Program-made: the position numbers and the translations under genes
Source of the DNA: an uncultured Chloroflexia bacterium
GTDB taxonomy: Bacteria; Chloroflexota; Anaerolineae; Aggregatilineales; Phototrophicaceae
DNA length: 64,000 nt
Reading direction: 5' to 3'
Assembly: GCA_963752305.1 (NCBI GenBank)
Contig: CAVVXQ010000009.1
Location: forward strand, 1,795,759 to 1,859,758
Part shown: in pieces, positions 9,645 through 20,300 of the stretch
How positions within the stretch are numbered: position 1 is the stretch's first letter
How the letters are laid out: every line of letters starts with the position of its first letter
The notes under the pieces: model-generated
The model's input: only the letters and a program-made list of their open reading frames with translations
The model's database searches: none
Told to the model about the DNA's origin: nothing

Positions 9645-11219
9645 GTGCCATATCAATCCAGCGGTGGCCGCCGAAACAACGTTCAAATAGGTGTCGGGCG
9701 CTCAGTATGGGCGGGAGCGCCTCCGCCCGCAATCCCCGAACGGACGCTCGATGGAATTCCCGGATGCCTAGCATGGGTGGCGCTGCTGCTGTCGATAGCC
9801 AGCGCGGTTGCATTCCCACGCACACTGGTGTTGATTGCAGCCCTACTCGGCTTTTATTCCGCCATCCGGTTCCTGCTAGCAGGCATCGCCAACGTGATGG
9901 GCTTGCGAAATATTCGACAGTGGGAAGCAACTCGCTGGCATGAGCAGTATTTACAGGATGCGACTCCGGACTCTCTGCCCTGGGAGGCCATCCACCACAT
10001 CGTCATCGTACCCAATTACAAAGAACCAATTGAAATTCTGAGCCGGACGCTGGATCGACTGGCCGAACAATATGAGGCGAAAGAGCGGCTCACGATTGTG
10101 CTGGCGATGGAAGCCGGGGAAGAAGGCTGCGTTGAAAAGGCAGATCATCTACGAGAACACTATGCGCCATGTTTTGCGAACTTCTTTTATACGGTACATC
10201 CTCGCGGACTACCTGGGGAAATGCAGTGTAAATCCGCGAACCAAGCATGGGCAAGCCGATGGGTTAAACGGCAGTTGGTTGACGAAGGCGGATACAACAT
10301 CGACCATCTGATGGTGACAACGATGGATGCCGATACCTTGTGGCACAAAGATTATCTCTATGCCCTGACCTATCTATTTGCCATCAACCCGGAACGATAT
10401 ATGCGATTCTGGCAAGCGCCAATCCGGTATCATACCAACATCTGGGACATCAACCCGCTGCTGCGTATCGTTAATGCTTACTCAACCGCGCTAGAATTGG
10501 CCTATCTAGCAGCACCCTGGTGGATACCGATGCCGATGTCGTCTTATTCCCTGAGCCTGAAGCTGCTGGATGCCAGCGGTTACTGGGATGGGGATGTGAT
10601 TGCGGATGAATGGCACATGTTTATCAAGGCGTATTTCGCCCGTGATGGCGCGGTGATGCTAGATCGGGTGTTCCTGCCCTTTTCGGCAACTGCCGTCACC
10701 GGGGACAATTTGTGGCAGGCGATCAAAAATCGCTACCAGCAAACCCTGCGACATGCCTGGGGGAGCAAAGAAGTGGGCTTCATCATCGCCAAGATGCTGG
10801 AACATCCTGAAATCGAGTTTCAAACATCGTTCAAACTGCTCTTCCGGGTGGCGCATGATATTTTACTGGCGGGCGCAGGATGGGTTATCCTGACGGCGGG
10901 GGCACAACTCCCCTTCCTGTTCAACCCGCCATTGTTGGGACAAATCCTGAGCGAGGGATTGAGCAATCCGGCCTATGTACTGCTGCAAATCGCGTTTGTG
11001 CTGGTGTCTGTGCTGGGAATCGTGTTCTGGTATCAGGATGTGATCGCACGGCCACCACGTACCCGGCCACAGACAGTCTACGAACGGTTTTTGACGCTGC
11101 TCAGTTTTCCCTTGCTGCCGATTCTGACACTGATTTTCGTGGCAGTACCGACCATACAAGCCCAAACGCGGCTGATGGTGGGCATCCCGCTGCGATTTCA
11201 AGTGTCAAAAAAGATGTAA
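9645..11219 (+). CDS. Membrane-integral glycosyltransferase family 2
   Basis: IVPNYKE, KSAN, TMDAD, IADEW, QQTLRHAWG (QxxRW-like), TM helices at both ends. Confidence 0.75.
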   Translation: MPYQSSGGRRNNVQIGVGRSVWAGAPPPAIPERTLDGIPGCLAWVALLLSIASAVAFPRTLVLIAALLGFYSAIRFLLAGIANVMGLRNIRQWEATRWHEQYLQDATPDSLPWEAIHHIVIVPNYKEPIEILSRTLDRLAEQYEAKERLTIVLAMEAGEEGCVEKADHLREHYAPCFANFFYTVHPRGLPGEMQCKSANQAWASRWVKRQLVDEGGYNIDHLMVTTMDADTLWHKDYLYALTYLFAINPERYMRFWQAPIRYHTNIWDINPLLRIVNAYSTALELAYLAAPWWIPMPMSSYSLSLKLLDASGYWDGDVIADEWHMFIKAYFARDGAVMLDRVFLPFSATAVTGDNLWQAIKNRYQQTLRHAWGSKEVGFIIAKMLEHPEIEFQTSFKLLFRVAHDILLAGAGWVILTAGAQLPFLFNPPLLGQILSEGLSNPAYVLLQIAFVLVSVLGIVFWYQDVIARPPRTRPQTVYERFLTLLSFPLLPILTLIFVAVPTIQAQTRLMVGIPLRFQVSKKM

Positions 11220-11335
11220 GTCATATCAATTCACATTGGGTCGTACAGGACAAGCCTTGTCCCCATGACTGGTTGTGGACAGCAGCTATCATCTACACTC
11301 TATAACCTCGAATATACTCACCGGAGGAAATCATC

Positions 11336-12232
11336 ATGGCGAAGATCGGATATATTGGATTGGGCATTATGGGGGCGGCAATTGCGCGCAACCTGATGAA
11401 AGCGGGTCACGAACTGGTGGTACACAACCGCAGCCAGGAAATCGTGCAGCAGTTGGTGAGCGAAGGGGCAACAGCGGCTCATTCTCCCAAAGAAGTTGCC
11501 CAACAGGTGGAATTCGTGTTCACCAACCTGCCGGACTCGCCAGATGTCGAAAAAGTAGTACTCGGAAAAGATGGGATTATCGAAGGCGCGCACGAGGGGC
11601 TGATTTTCATCGACAACAGCACGATCAAACCGGAAACGGCGCGGATAATCGCGGAAAAGCTGGCGGCGGTTGGTGTGGCCGCGCTGGATGCTCCGGTGAG
11701 CGGTGGTGATGTGGGTGCGAAAAATGGCAGCCTGACGATCATGGTGGGCGGGCCACAAGCGGCTTTCGACAAAACGGCTCCACTGTTCAAGGCGATGGGC
11801 AAAGCCTGGGTGCTGGTGGGTGACAGCGGCGCGGGGCAGATCGCCAAAGTGTGCAACCAGATTATTGTGGGCGCACAGATGGCGGGACTGGCGGAAGCAC
11901 TGATTACGGCGCAAAAGGCAGGGGTTGATCCAAGCCGGGTGGTGGATGCGATCAAGGGTGGCGCGGCACAGATGTGGACACTGGATGTCAAACCACCCCG
12001 TTTGTTCGCTGGCAACCGTCAGCCAGGATTTAAAGCCTATATGCAGCACAAAGACCTGGGCATCTGCCTGGATACTGGCAAAACCTATGGCATTCCGATG
12101 CCGCTGACGGCAGTGATTCAGCAGCTTTATACGACGATGCTGGAACATGGGGAACGGGAACTGGATAACAGCGCAGTCGTCAGTGTGTACGAAATGCTGG
12201 CAAATGTGAAGCTGGATGAACCCCTGAAATAA
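11336..12232 (+). CDS. 2-hydroxy-3-oxopropionate reductase / beta-hydroxyacid dehydrogenase
   Basis: IGYIGLGIMG, LDAPVSGG, KVCNQ, KDLG. Confidence 0.88.
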   Translation: MAKIGYIGLGIMGAAIARNLMKAGHELVVHNRSQEIVQQLVSEGATAAHSPKEVAQQVEFVFTNLPDSPDVEKVVLGKDGIIEGAHEGLIFIDNSTIKPETARIIAEKLAAVGVAALDAPVSGGDVGAKNGSLTIMVGGPQAAFDKTAPLFKAMGKAWVLVGDSGAGQIAKVCNQIIVGAQMAGLAEALITAQKAGVDPSRVVDAIKGGAAQMWTLDVKPPRLFAGNRQPGFKAYMQHKDLGICLDTGKTYGIPMPLTAVIQQLYTTMLEHGERELDNSAVVSVYEMLANVKLDEPLK

Positions 12233-12297
12233 GCGTCTGAATGGCGAGGCGCTTATGCTATAATGCAGGCAACTGTTTGGTGAGAATAATTCATCCT

Positions 12298-12633
12298 ATG
12301 GCTATGAATGCGCTTCGACAAATTGAGGAACTCCTGCCTTCAATGACGCCCGCTGAGAAAGCCCAGGTGCTACAGTGGGTTGTACGTGATTTAGGCGACT
12401 CTTTCCCTGGCGTTGATGCAACTCCAGGCGTATCGGGCGGTGAGCCTTGCATCGTGCGAACACGGATACCTGTGTGGGTGCTGGTGCAAGCGGGACACTT
12501 AGGAACCAGCGAAGCTGACATCCTACGGAGCTATCCAGCCTTACGTGCCGAAGATTTAGCTAACGCATGGGCATTTTATCGACTACACCGAGAAGAAATC
12601 GAGAACCAGATAGAAGATAACGAGGCCAGTTAG
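12298..12633 (+). CDS. DUF433 family antitoxin
   Basis: TPGVSGGEPCIVRTRIPV...ILRSYP.L...DL..A. Confidence 0.85.
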   Translation: MAMNALRQIEELLPSMTPAEKAQVLQWVVRDLGDSFPGVDATPGVSGGEPCIVRTRIPVWVLVQAGHLGTSEADILRSYPALRAEDLANAWAFYRLHREEIENQIEDNEAS

Positions 12634-12639
12634 TGTGGT

Positions 12640-12978
12640 ATGGCACGTCTGTACACTAATGAAAACTTTCCACTTCCAGTTGTCGAACAACTTAGGGAAT
12701 TGGGACATGACACGTTAACCTCTTACGAAAGTGGCAATGCGGGGCAAGCCATCCCCGATGAAGATGTGTTGGCGTTTGCCGTCGCGGAAAAGCGCATATT
12801 ATTCACACTCAATCGAAAACACTTTATCCGGTTACATCATGAGAAACCGGAACACTTCGGCATTATGGTATGTACTTTTGACCCCAATTTTGCTGCATTA
12901 GGGGATCGGATCAATCAGGCTATTGAAATCGAGGCCGAGGTTCAAGGAAAACTTAACCGAATCAATCGTCCACCCTAG
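12640..12978 (+). CDS. DUF5615 PIN-like toxin
   Basis: LYTNENFP, LRELGHD, DEDVLAFA, RILFTLNRKHF; directly downstream of the DUF433 gene. Confidence 0.85.
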   Translation: MARLYTNENFPLPVVEQLRELGHDTLTSYESGNAGQAIPDEDVLAFAVAEKRILFTLNRKHFIRLHHEKPEHFGIMVCTFDPNFAALGDRINQAIEIEAEVQGKLNRINRPP

Positions 12979-13015
12979 ATGATTGTTTTACACAAAAAGT
13001 AGAAATGGTACTGCC

Positions 13016-13873
13016 GTGAAAGAACGTGTACAGAAATTGATGGCGCAGGCGAATCTCGGTTCGCGGCGAGGATGTGAAGACATCATCCGACAGGGGCGGG
13101 TGCGGGTGAACGGCGCAGTGATTCATCTCGGCGATCAAGCCGATCCCCAAACGGATGTGATCGAGGTGGACGGTGAGAAACTCAGCTTCCCGGAAGGGCA
13201 CACCTACATCGCCTACAATAAACCCAAAAATATCGTGAGCAGCAATGTTCGGTATCCAGGCGATGAACGGCGCACCGTGCGCGAGATGATCCCGGTAGAG
13301 GGACATTTGTTCACCATTGGGCGGCTGGACGCGGACAGCGAGGGGTTGATTATCCTGACGAATGATGGCGACCTGGCGAACCGGCTGTCACACCCACGCT
13401 ATAACCACACTAAGACTTATAAAGTGGTGGTTTATGGTTTGCCGAGCGCCGAGACGATCCAGAAATGGCAAGAAGGTGTGTATTTGCAGGATGAGGAAGA
13501 CGAAAAACCGCAGAAAACTGCTCCTTGTTATGTCAAGATCACGGATGGCGGCAAAGAAACCACGCTGCGAATCGTGATGACTGAGGGGAAGAAACGACAA
13601 ATCCGGCGGGTGGCGTCGATGCTCGGCCATCCAGTAAAATCGCTGATGCGCACCCAGATTGGCAAATTGTCGCTGGGCACGCTGCGACCCGGTGAATGGC
13701 GCGAACTGTCGGCTGCTGACATTAAGGCACTTAAAACCCCGGCGGCAGAAATGCGGAGCAAGAAAGAAGTGACCCGAACACGCAAAGCACGGGCGATACA
13801 ACCCAGTAAAACAGATGCTCCACGCGATAAACCACGCAAACCACAGACTCGGAGAAATATCAGGAAACGTTAA
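13016..13873 (+). CDS. rRNA pseudouridine synthase (RsuA/RluB family)
   Basis: S4 domain, YNKP, IGRLDADSEGL, EGKKRQIRR. Confidence 0.9.
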   Translation: MKERVQKLMAQANLGSRRGCEDIIRQGRVRVNGAVIHLGDQADPQTDVIEVDGEKLSFPEGHTYIAYNKPKNIVSSNVRYPGDERRTVREMIPVEGHLFTIGRLDADSEGLIILTNDGDLANRLSHPRYNHTKTYKVVVYGLPSAETIQKWQEGVYLQDEEDEKPQKTAPCYVKITDGGKETTLRIVMTEGKKRQIRRVASMLGHPVKSLMRTQIGKLSLGTLRPGEWRELSAADIKALKTPAAEMRSKKEVTRTRKARAIQPSKTDAPRDKPRKPQTRRNIRKR

Positions 13874-13874
13874 C

Positions 13875-14606
13875 ATGAGCCTATCCGCATCGGTGCAAGA
13901 TTATGTCGAGCGTCAGCCGCGCCTGACATGGCGGCGGAATGCCCTACGCGCGTTCATTCGCACACTGGGCTTTATGGTGTTGTGGAAAGTCGATGTGACC
14001 GGGATGGAAAATGTGCCGGATGAAGGCCCGACCATCATCATGATGAACCATATCTCGGCACTCGATCCGGTTCTATGTATGGGCGCAGTCACAAACCGAT
14101 TCGTGATTCCCATGACGAAGATCGAGAATACCCATAATCCCCTGTTCCGATTCATGGTGAACTGGTGGGGTTCGTATACGGTCAATCGGGCTGAGATTGA
14201 TCGGAAGGCGCTGATTAACTCGATTGAACTGGTTAAACACGGGCAGATGATTTTGATCGCGCCGGAAGGCCATCGTCACCCGGAAGGACTGGCCGAGGCG
14301 AAGGACGGATTAGCGTACATTGCCACCAAAGCGAACGCAGTGATTATCCCAACAGCCATCTCCGGTGCGGTGGGTTGGAAAGAGAAGATGCTGCACCTGC
14401 AACGGCCAGAAATCAATGTGAATTTTGGGCGACCCTTCCGATTCAAGGTCGATCAAGCAGGGCGCATACCGCGCGATGCACTCACTGCCATGTCGCACGA
14501 AGCGATGTATCAACTGGCGCTGGCGGTCAAAGATGAAACGCGGCGAGGCTTTTACAGCGATGTGAGTAAGGCAACCACCGAGTACCTCGAATTCGTGTCC
14601 CCATGA
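13875..14606 (+). CDS. 1-acyl-sn-glycerol-3-phosphate acyltransferase family protein
   Basis: NHISALD (HX4D), IAPEGHR. Confidence 0.85.
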   Translation: MSLSASVQDYVERQPRLTWRRNALRAFIRTLGFMVLWKVDVTGMENVPDEGPTIIMMNHISALDPVLCMGAVTNRFVIPMTKIENTHNPLFRFMVNWWGSYTVNRAEIDRKALINSIELVKHGQMILIAPEGHRHPEGLAEAKDGLAYIATKANAVIIPTAISGAVGWKEKMLHLQRPEINVNFGRPFRFKVDQAGRIPRDALTAMSHEAMYQLALAVKDETRRGFYSDVSKATTEYLEFVSP

Positions 14607-15664
14607 AAGTGTTTGACGGTCACAACGACACATTGCTCCGGTTATACCAAAGCGAATCAGACAAAGAGTTAGCTTTCTTTCGGGAAAATGAAAGCGGACA
14701 TATTGACCTGCCACGCGCCAAACGGGGAAAGTTAGCAGGTGGACTGTTCGCAATCTTCACTCCCCCACCGCCGAGTTCGCCAGAGCGCGACCCCTTCTAT
14801 GGACTCACCTTCACCGAGGATGGATACGTTGTCTCTGAGCGAAGCCGGTTGGAACAAGGTTATGCACAGGGGTTAACTGATTCGGTGATTGATGTGGCGT
14901 ATCGTCTGGAAAACCAGTCTGTGGGACAAGTCAAGATAGTGAAGTCCTTTGCGGAATTAGAGGCAGCCTTCGAGCAAGAAACATTCGCTATGGTTTTGCA
15001 CATTGAAGGTGCTGAAGCGATTAAAGCCGATCTGAGCAATCTGGAGATGTACTACGACAAGGGGGTGCGGTCATTAGGGCTGGTGTGGAGCCGCCCGAAT
15101 GTATTTGGAAATGGTGTGCCCTTCATGTTCCCACATTCGCCAGATACGGGAGAAGGATTAAGTGAAGCGGGTAAAGAACTGGTCAGGGCATGTAACGAAA
15201 TGGGCATCCTGATTGATCTGGCGCACATCAACGAAAAAGGCTTCCGGGATGTGACAGAAGTGTCGAACGCGCCGCTGGTGGTCAGTCATGCAGATGTTTA
15301 CGCGATTTGCCCTTCGACACGAAACCTGACCGATGAGCAGATTGATGCTGTAGGTCAATCGGGCGGCGTGATCGGCATCAACTTTGAGACATTGAATACG
15401 CATCCGCAATCGAGTATTGAGAAAGATGTGCCGCTCACACAAATTACCGATCACATTGACTACATTGTCAGCCGGATTGGGATAAACCATGTGGCATTCG
15501 GGTCAGATTTCGATGGGGCAGATATGCCAGATGGGATAAAGGATGCTGCCGGACTACCCAATCTCATCCATGCACTCCGAGATGGTGGGTATGACAATGA
15601 GGCAATTGAAAAGATCGCCCACAAAAACTGGTTTCGGGTTTTAGAAGCAAGCTGGAAGGAATGA
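14603..15664 (+). CDS. Membrane dipeptidase (peptidase M19)
   Basis: DGHND, HIEGAE, IDLAH, SH, RNLTD, GSDFDG. Confidence 0.9.
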   Translation: MKVFDGHNDTLLRLYQSESDKELAFFRENESGHIDLPRAKRGKLAGGLFAIFTPPPPSSPERDPFYGLTFTEDGYVVSERSRLEQGYAQGLTDSVIDVAYRLENQSVGQVKIVKSFAELEAAFEQETFAMVLHIEGAEAIKADLSNLEMYYDKGVRSLGLVWSRPNVFGNGVPFMFPHSPDTGEGLSEAGKELVRACNEMGILIDLAHINEKGFRDVTEVSNAPLVVSHADVYAICPSTRNLTDEQIDAVGQSGGVIGINFETLNTHPQSSIEKDVPLTQITDHIDYIVSRIGINHVAFGSDFDGADMPDGIKDAAGLPNLIHALRDGGYDNEAIEKIAHKNWFRVLEASWKE

Positions 15665-15668
15665 ATCC

Positions 15669-15692
15669 GGACAAGGCAAGCCTTGTCCCTAC
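15669..15692 (-). repeat. GTAG-type REP-like palindrome
   Basis: ggacaaggcaagccttgtccCTAC. Confidence 0.7.
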
Positions 15693-15811
15693 GAAAATGT
15701 GATTTGCGTGGGAAATATTTCACATATTGATAGGCGGTTGAAAGGTGTTATCATTACCTTATAGCAAAATAGCAGTTGGAGGTGATATAGCGAACCATAT
15801 CGGGGGCATAG

Positions 15812-16017
15812 ATAGCGCATGGCCCAGCATTGGCTGGGTGACGAGGTGACGGTTGCTTGCTGCGAAGCAGGCCTAATCCCCAACCGGGGAGAAAATCGAC
15901 AGATCAGCGGATGCCGTCAGGGTGAAGTCCACCACCCTTTGTCTTTCCCCTCCGTACAACAGAAGCAAACCGCGAAAACCGATGGGTAACTATCGAGACA
16001 GGCGGGGAGCATGTGGA
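15812..16017 (+). ncRNA. glmS ribozyme (GlcN6P-responsive) with extra inserted hairpins
   Basis: AGCGC at 15814, P1 cccagc/gctggg, GACGAGG, P2 tgacgg/ccgtca, ATCGA...TCAGCGGATG, P3 agggtg/caccct, P4.1 cgatgg-GTAA-ctatcg, pseudoknot tccac/gtgga; directly upstream of glmS. Confidence 0.88.
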
Positions 16018-16127
16018 ACGTTGAGCCAGTCTTTTATCAAGGCGTGGACTCAATGCAGACCGGCTACGCCTGCGCCGCATGGCCGGATGCGTTTTACCCA
16101 AGAACGCATTAAAAACGGAGGACTCCT

Positions 16128-17975
16128 ATGTGTGGCATTGTTGGATATGTGGGTTCACAGGACGCAACCCCGATTATTGTCGATGGTCTGGGACGTTTAG
16201 AGTATCGCGGCTATGACTCGGCGGGGATTGCAGTCATTAAAGATGGCGCGATTGATCTGCGGCGGGACGTAGGCAAGCTGTCGAATCTGCGTGATCGGAT
16301 CGCGGCCAATCCGATCAGCGGGCAGATCGGCATCGGTCATACACGCTGGGCAACACACGGCGCACCCGCCGAGCGCAACGCCCACCCTCACCTGAGCATG
16401 GATGGCGAATTTGTGGTGGTGCATAATGGCATTGTCGAAAATTACCTGGAACTGCGCGAAGAACTCATGGCGGAAGGCGTAGCATTCCGTTCCGACACCG
16501 ATACCGAAGTGATTGTGCAGTTGATCGAACGATTCGCCCAGAACGGCGCGAATTACAACCTGACCGAGGCAACCCGAAAAGCTGTCGGGCTGCTGCGCGG
16601 GGCACACGCGATTGTGGTCATGAGCAAACATACGCCAGATGAATTGGTGGCAGTACGCATCGGCAATGCGGGTGGCGTGGCAATCGGCATCGGCGACGGC
16701 GAAAATTACATTGCGTCCGACATCCCGGCGATCATGGAATACACGCGGAAGATGGTATTCCTCGAAAGCCGACAGATGGCGACCATCCACGCAGACTCGT
16801 TCCAGATACAAACGCTGGATGGTACACAAGTTGACCCACAGATTCACGACATCCCCTACGACCCGGTGAGCGCGGCGAAGGGCGAATACAAACATTTTAT
16901 GCAGAAGGAGATTTTTGAGCAGGCGCGCAGCCTGACCGATACTATCCGGGGACGGGTGGACTTCGAGAGCGGTGAAGTATTTATGCCCGATCTCCATCTG
17001 ACGGCTGAACAGGCACAAGGGTTGGAACGGCTGGTGATTGTGGCCTGTGGTACAAGCTATTACAGCGCGCTGGTCGGCAAATTCTTCATCGAAAAACTCG
17101 CCCGGTTAATGGTTGAGGTGGATTATGGCAGCGAATACCGCTACCGCGACCCGATCCTGAATGCGCGCACAGCGGTGCTGGCGATCACACAGAGCGGTGA
17201 AACGGTGGATACGCTGGCGGCGATGGAAGAAGCGCGGGAAAAAGGCGCATTGCTATGGAGCATCGTCAATGCCATCGGCAGCCAAGCCATGCGGGTATCC
17301 GACGGAACCATCACCATGAATGCGGGGCCGGAGATCGGGGTGGCATCCACCAAAGCATTCACCGCCAGCATTGTTGACCAGTACCTACTGGCGCTGTATC
17401 TGGCACAACTGCGGGGGACGCTATCCAGCGAGGAACTGCGGTGCTACGCACAGGAGATTGGCCGCCTGCCCGACCTGGTGGGACGGGCACTGGAAGCTGA
17501 TGAACAGGTTAGCGAACTGGCGGGACAGTTGTATCATTACACCGATTTCCTGTACCTGGGGCGCGGCATCAATTATCCCATCGCCCTCGAAGGCGCGCTC
17601 AAGCTCAAAGAAATCAGCTACATTCACGCGGAAGGGTATCCAGCAGGCGAGATGAAACATGGGCCAATCGCACTGATTGACGAAAAAATGCCGGTATTGA
17701 CCATCGCGCTGCAAGATGCTCTGTACGAGAAAATGATTAGCCAGATCGAGCAGGCGAAAGCGCGTGGGGGAATCGTGATTGCTATCGCCAGCGAAGGGGA
17801 CACCTTCATCGCTAACAAAGCCGATCATGTGCTGTATGTACCGGAAGCCCCAGCACTATTGAGTCCGGTTGTAGCGGTTATTCCTCTACAACTGCTGGCC
17901 TATCATATGGCTGTGTGGCGGGGTGCAGATGTCGACCAGCCGCGCAATCTGGCAAAAAGTGTCACTGTAGAATAA
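16128..17975 (+). CDS. glmS: Glutamine--fructose-6-phosphate transaminase (isomerizing)
   Basis: MCGIVG, EYRGYDSAG, HTRWATHG, PRNLAKSVTVE. Confidence 0.98.
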   Translation: MCGIVGYVGSQDATPIIVDGLGRLEYRGYDSAGIAVIKDGAIDLRRDVGKLSNLRDRIAANPISGQIGIGHTRWATHGAPAERNAHPHLSMDGEFVVVHNGIVENYLELREELMAEGVAFRSDTDTEVIVQLIERFAQNGANYNLTEATRKAVGLLRGAHAIVVMSKHTPDELVAVRIGNAGGVAIGIGDGENYIASDIPAIMEYTRKMVFLESRQMATIHADSFQIQTLDGTQVDPQIHDIPYDPVSAAKGEYKHFMQKEIFEQARSLTDTIRGRVDFESGEVFMPDLHLTAEQAQGLERLVIVACGTSYYSALVGKFFIEKLARLMVEVDYGSEYRYRDPILNARTAVLAITQSGETVDTLAAMEEAREKGALLWSIVNAIGSQAMRVSDGTITMNAGPEIGVASTKAFTASIVDQYLLALYLAQLRGTLSSEELRCYAQEIGRLPDLVGRALEADEQVSELAGQLYHYTDFLYLGRGINYPIALEGALKLKEISYIHAEGYPAGEMKHGPIALIDEKMPVLTIALQDALYEKMISQIEQAKARGGIVIAIASEGDTFIANKADHVLYVPEAPALLSPVVAVIPLQLLAYHMAVWRGADVDQPRNLAKSVTVE

Positions 17976-18027
17976 CCGCAGTCTAAACACGGGCAAGGGA
18001 GTATGTCGTTCCCTTGCCCATGAACTA

Positions 18028-19549
18028 TCAGGCAAATCCGGGAAAGAAATCGGTCTTGATATGGCTTTTCTGGACTCCCAGACGAGTTCAGGGCAGCCTC
18101 GAAACCTGTCACCATTGCATTTGGCCCAGACAGGTAGAAAACACAGTCATAATAATCGGGCACTTCCCCCTTTATCATCTGGGCGTTAATCCGCCCGACC
18201 TTGCCGCCCCACCCCGACGGAATCCGGCTTGCGCCGGTAATCGTATAGATGGTCTTGATGCCCAATTTGCGCTCGGCTTTGTCGAAAATGTCTTTGTAGA
18301 CTATATCCTCGACGGACTTGACGGCATAGAACAAAACGAGCCGACGATGCTGATTGGTGTCGATGAGGTATTTCACCATGCTCCTGAAAGGTGTAATGCC
18401 AATACCACCCGCAATCAATACACACTTTTGGGTTCGATCTTCCGGCAGCACAAAATCCCCGGCAAGCTGCCCAGCGACAATTTCGGTATCCTGGTTCATC
18501 GACAACATAGATTGTTTATAGGAACTCGAATTGGGATAAAACTTCACCCCCAGGCGCAGATTCGTCTCTGTCGGCGACGAAGCCAGGGTGAAGTAGCGGC
18601 GGTTGCCGCGACTGTCTGGATTGTGGTGGCCTAACGTCCATTCCATGTACTGCCCTGGGACAAAGGGCAACTTGTGATTGGGAACAAAGATAAAGTCGTA
18701 GATGTCCGGGGCAAGCTGTATTTTCTCCTTCAAGCGGAGGACTAATTTCGCCTTTGGACTCACTGCGAAAGCGAACAGATTGCCCATGAGAATGGACAGT
18801 TCGGGCGTGAAATAAAATGATCCGATATGAAGCTGTGGCACAAACAAGAAGCCCACTATCATGCCGTAAATGAGCTGCAACTTTCGGGTCGGCGGAAGCG
18901 TAAGCGGCTCGGTCAAAATCACGAAGGCAAAAAACATCAGCGGCGTGTAAACCAGCGTGTTTTGCATCAAAGCGGGAAGGGCTTCACCCGCAACCAGACC
19001 AAAAACGATGGATGCGACCAGAGCGGTTATCAGAAAGCTCAACACCAGACCGAATTTCTGGGTTTTGCGAACAATCAGTAGGCCACCAATCAAAACGAAC
19101 GGGAGCATGGGCATATCCGCAACCCACCAACTGGCCGTCTGATTGACGGTGAGCGCAGTGAGTGCCACTGCAAAGGCGGCAGGATTAAAGAGGTGCTTGC
19201 GATTGATGGCGATAATGTACTTTGAGGCCATTGCCCAGACCCCCGCCCAGATCAAAAACGTGAGGTCGGAAGCAGACACTATCGGCGTGATTATCAGCGC
19301 CAAAATGAGTGCAGAGATATAAACGGACTCGACATTGGGTGGCACACGAAATGTCCGGGCAAAAATGGTATTGGTTATCCAGCAGATTGTGATGAGAAAA
19401 GTGGTTGAGAACAGCAATGCCCAGGGGTCGTAAGGCAGGAGTCCGGCAAAGCTATAGACAATCGCCAGCCCCACAAGGAAAACCAGATAATACAGAATCA
19501 AACGGTACATGGTGATGCCGTTTAACAGGGTGTCAATGACGCTAAACAT
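18028..19549 (-). CDS. NqrB/RnfD-like membrane domain fused to FAD/NAD-binding ferredoxin-reductase domain (frameshift near 18083)
   Basis: SKY...HLFNPA, TEPLT in the membrane part; PGQY, RYFTLAS, IAGGIGITPF, YLSGP in the reductase part; alternative frame gives the terminus LGVQKSHIKTDFFPGFA-stop at 18028. Confidence 0.82.
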
Positions 19550-20289
19550 GGAGAACATACCTCTCAAATCCGCTGGTGAGGGTCGCTTGACCCGCTGAAT
19601 CAATCATATAACCTTCAAATCCGTCCAGATTTTCGATAAAGTCAATGCCATCGCGCTGCATGGCGAAGGCAGCCGTCGCAAACCGATCTGCTTCATAAAT
19701 ATTCGGGCCAATCACCGTCAGGCTCACAATTTCGGTCAAGGGTCGGTGTCCCGCTTTCGGGTTATACACATGCTGCCCCCGGATATAAGTACCGGAGGTC
19801 GCCACACCGCAATCTGTCACCGAAAGTACCTTTACAATTTCATTCATGTTGAAGGGATTACGGATACCCACACGCCAATGGTCGCCCTGCTCGTTCTTCC
19901 CATAAACCTGGACATCGCCGCCCGCATCTATATAAACATTATGGAAACCCATGTGCCGCAACAACTGCGCGGCGTTAAAAATCGCCCAGCCCTTCACCAG
20001 ACCAGAGGGGTCGTAGAAACCATTATGCTCAATGTCGAAGAAACCATCTGTCTCGGTTTTCGTCTGGGCGGCCAGTGAAAATATGAGTTTCATGTCGTCG
20101 CTAGCCCGCTCAAGGGTTGTCTCGCTAAAGTTGATGCGGGAGATTTCGCTGGTTTCCTTGTAGGTGCTAAATTTCTCATCGACATACTCGAAGTAGCTAA
20201 ACACTCTATCCAGTTCCCCCGCCGTAACCGAGGCATCCAAGACTTCTACCGTGATCGGCATCCCCATCAAGATTTCTGGTTTCGTTCAT
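19542..20289 (-). CDS. apbE: FAD:protein FMN transferase
   Basis: FSTY..SEISRIN, DPSGLVKGWA, AGGD, VATSG; likely true ATG at 20289 with an indel near 20275. Confidence 0.88.
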
Positions 20290-20300
20290 GATTCTCGGAT

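Noticed and set aside
12298-12978. DUF433/DUF5615 pair as a novel defence system
   Set aside because: Common, already described toxin-antitoxin pair; listed as features only.
17903-18027. Apparent overlap of the reductase ORF with glmS
   Set aside because: Artefact of the frameshift near 18083; the probable stop is at 18028.
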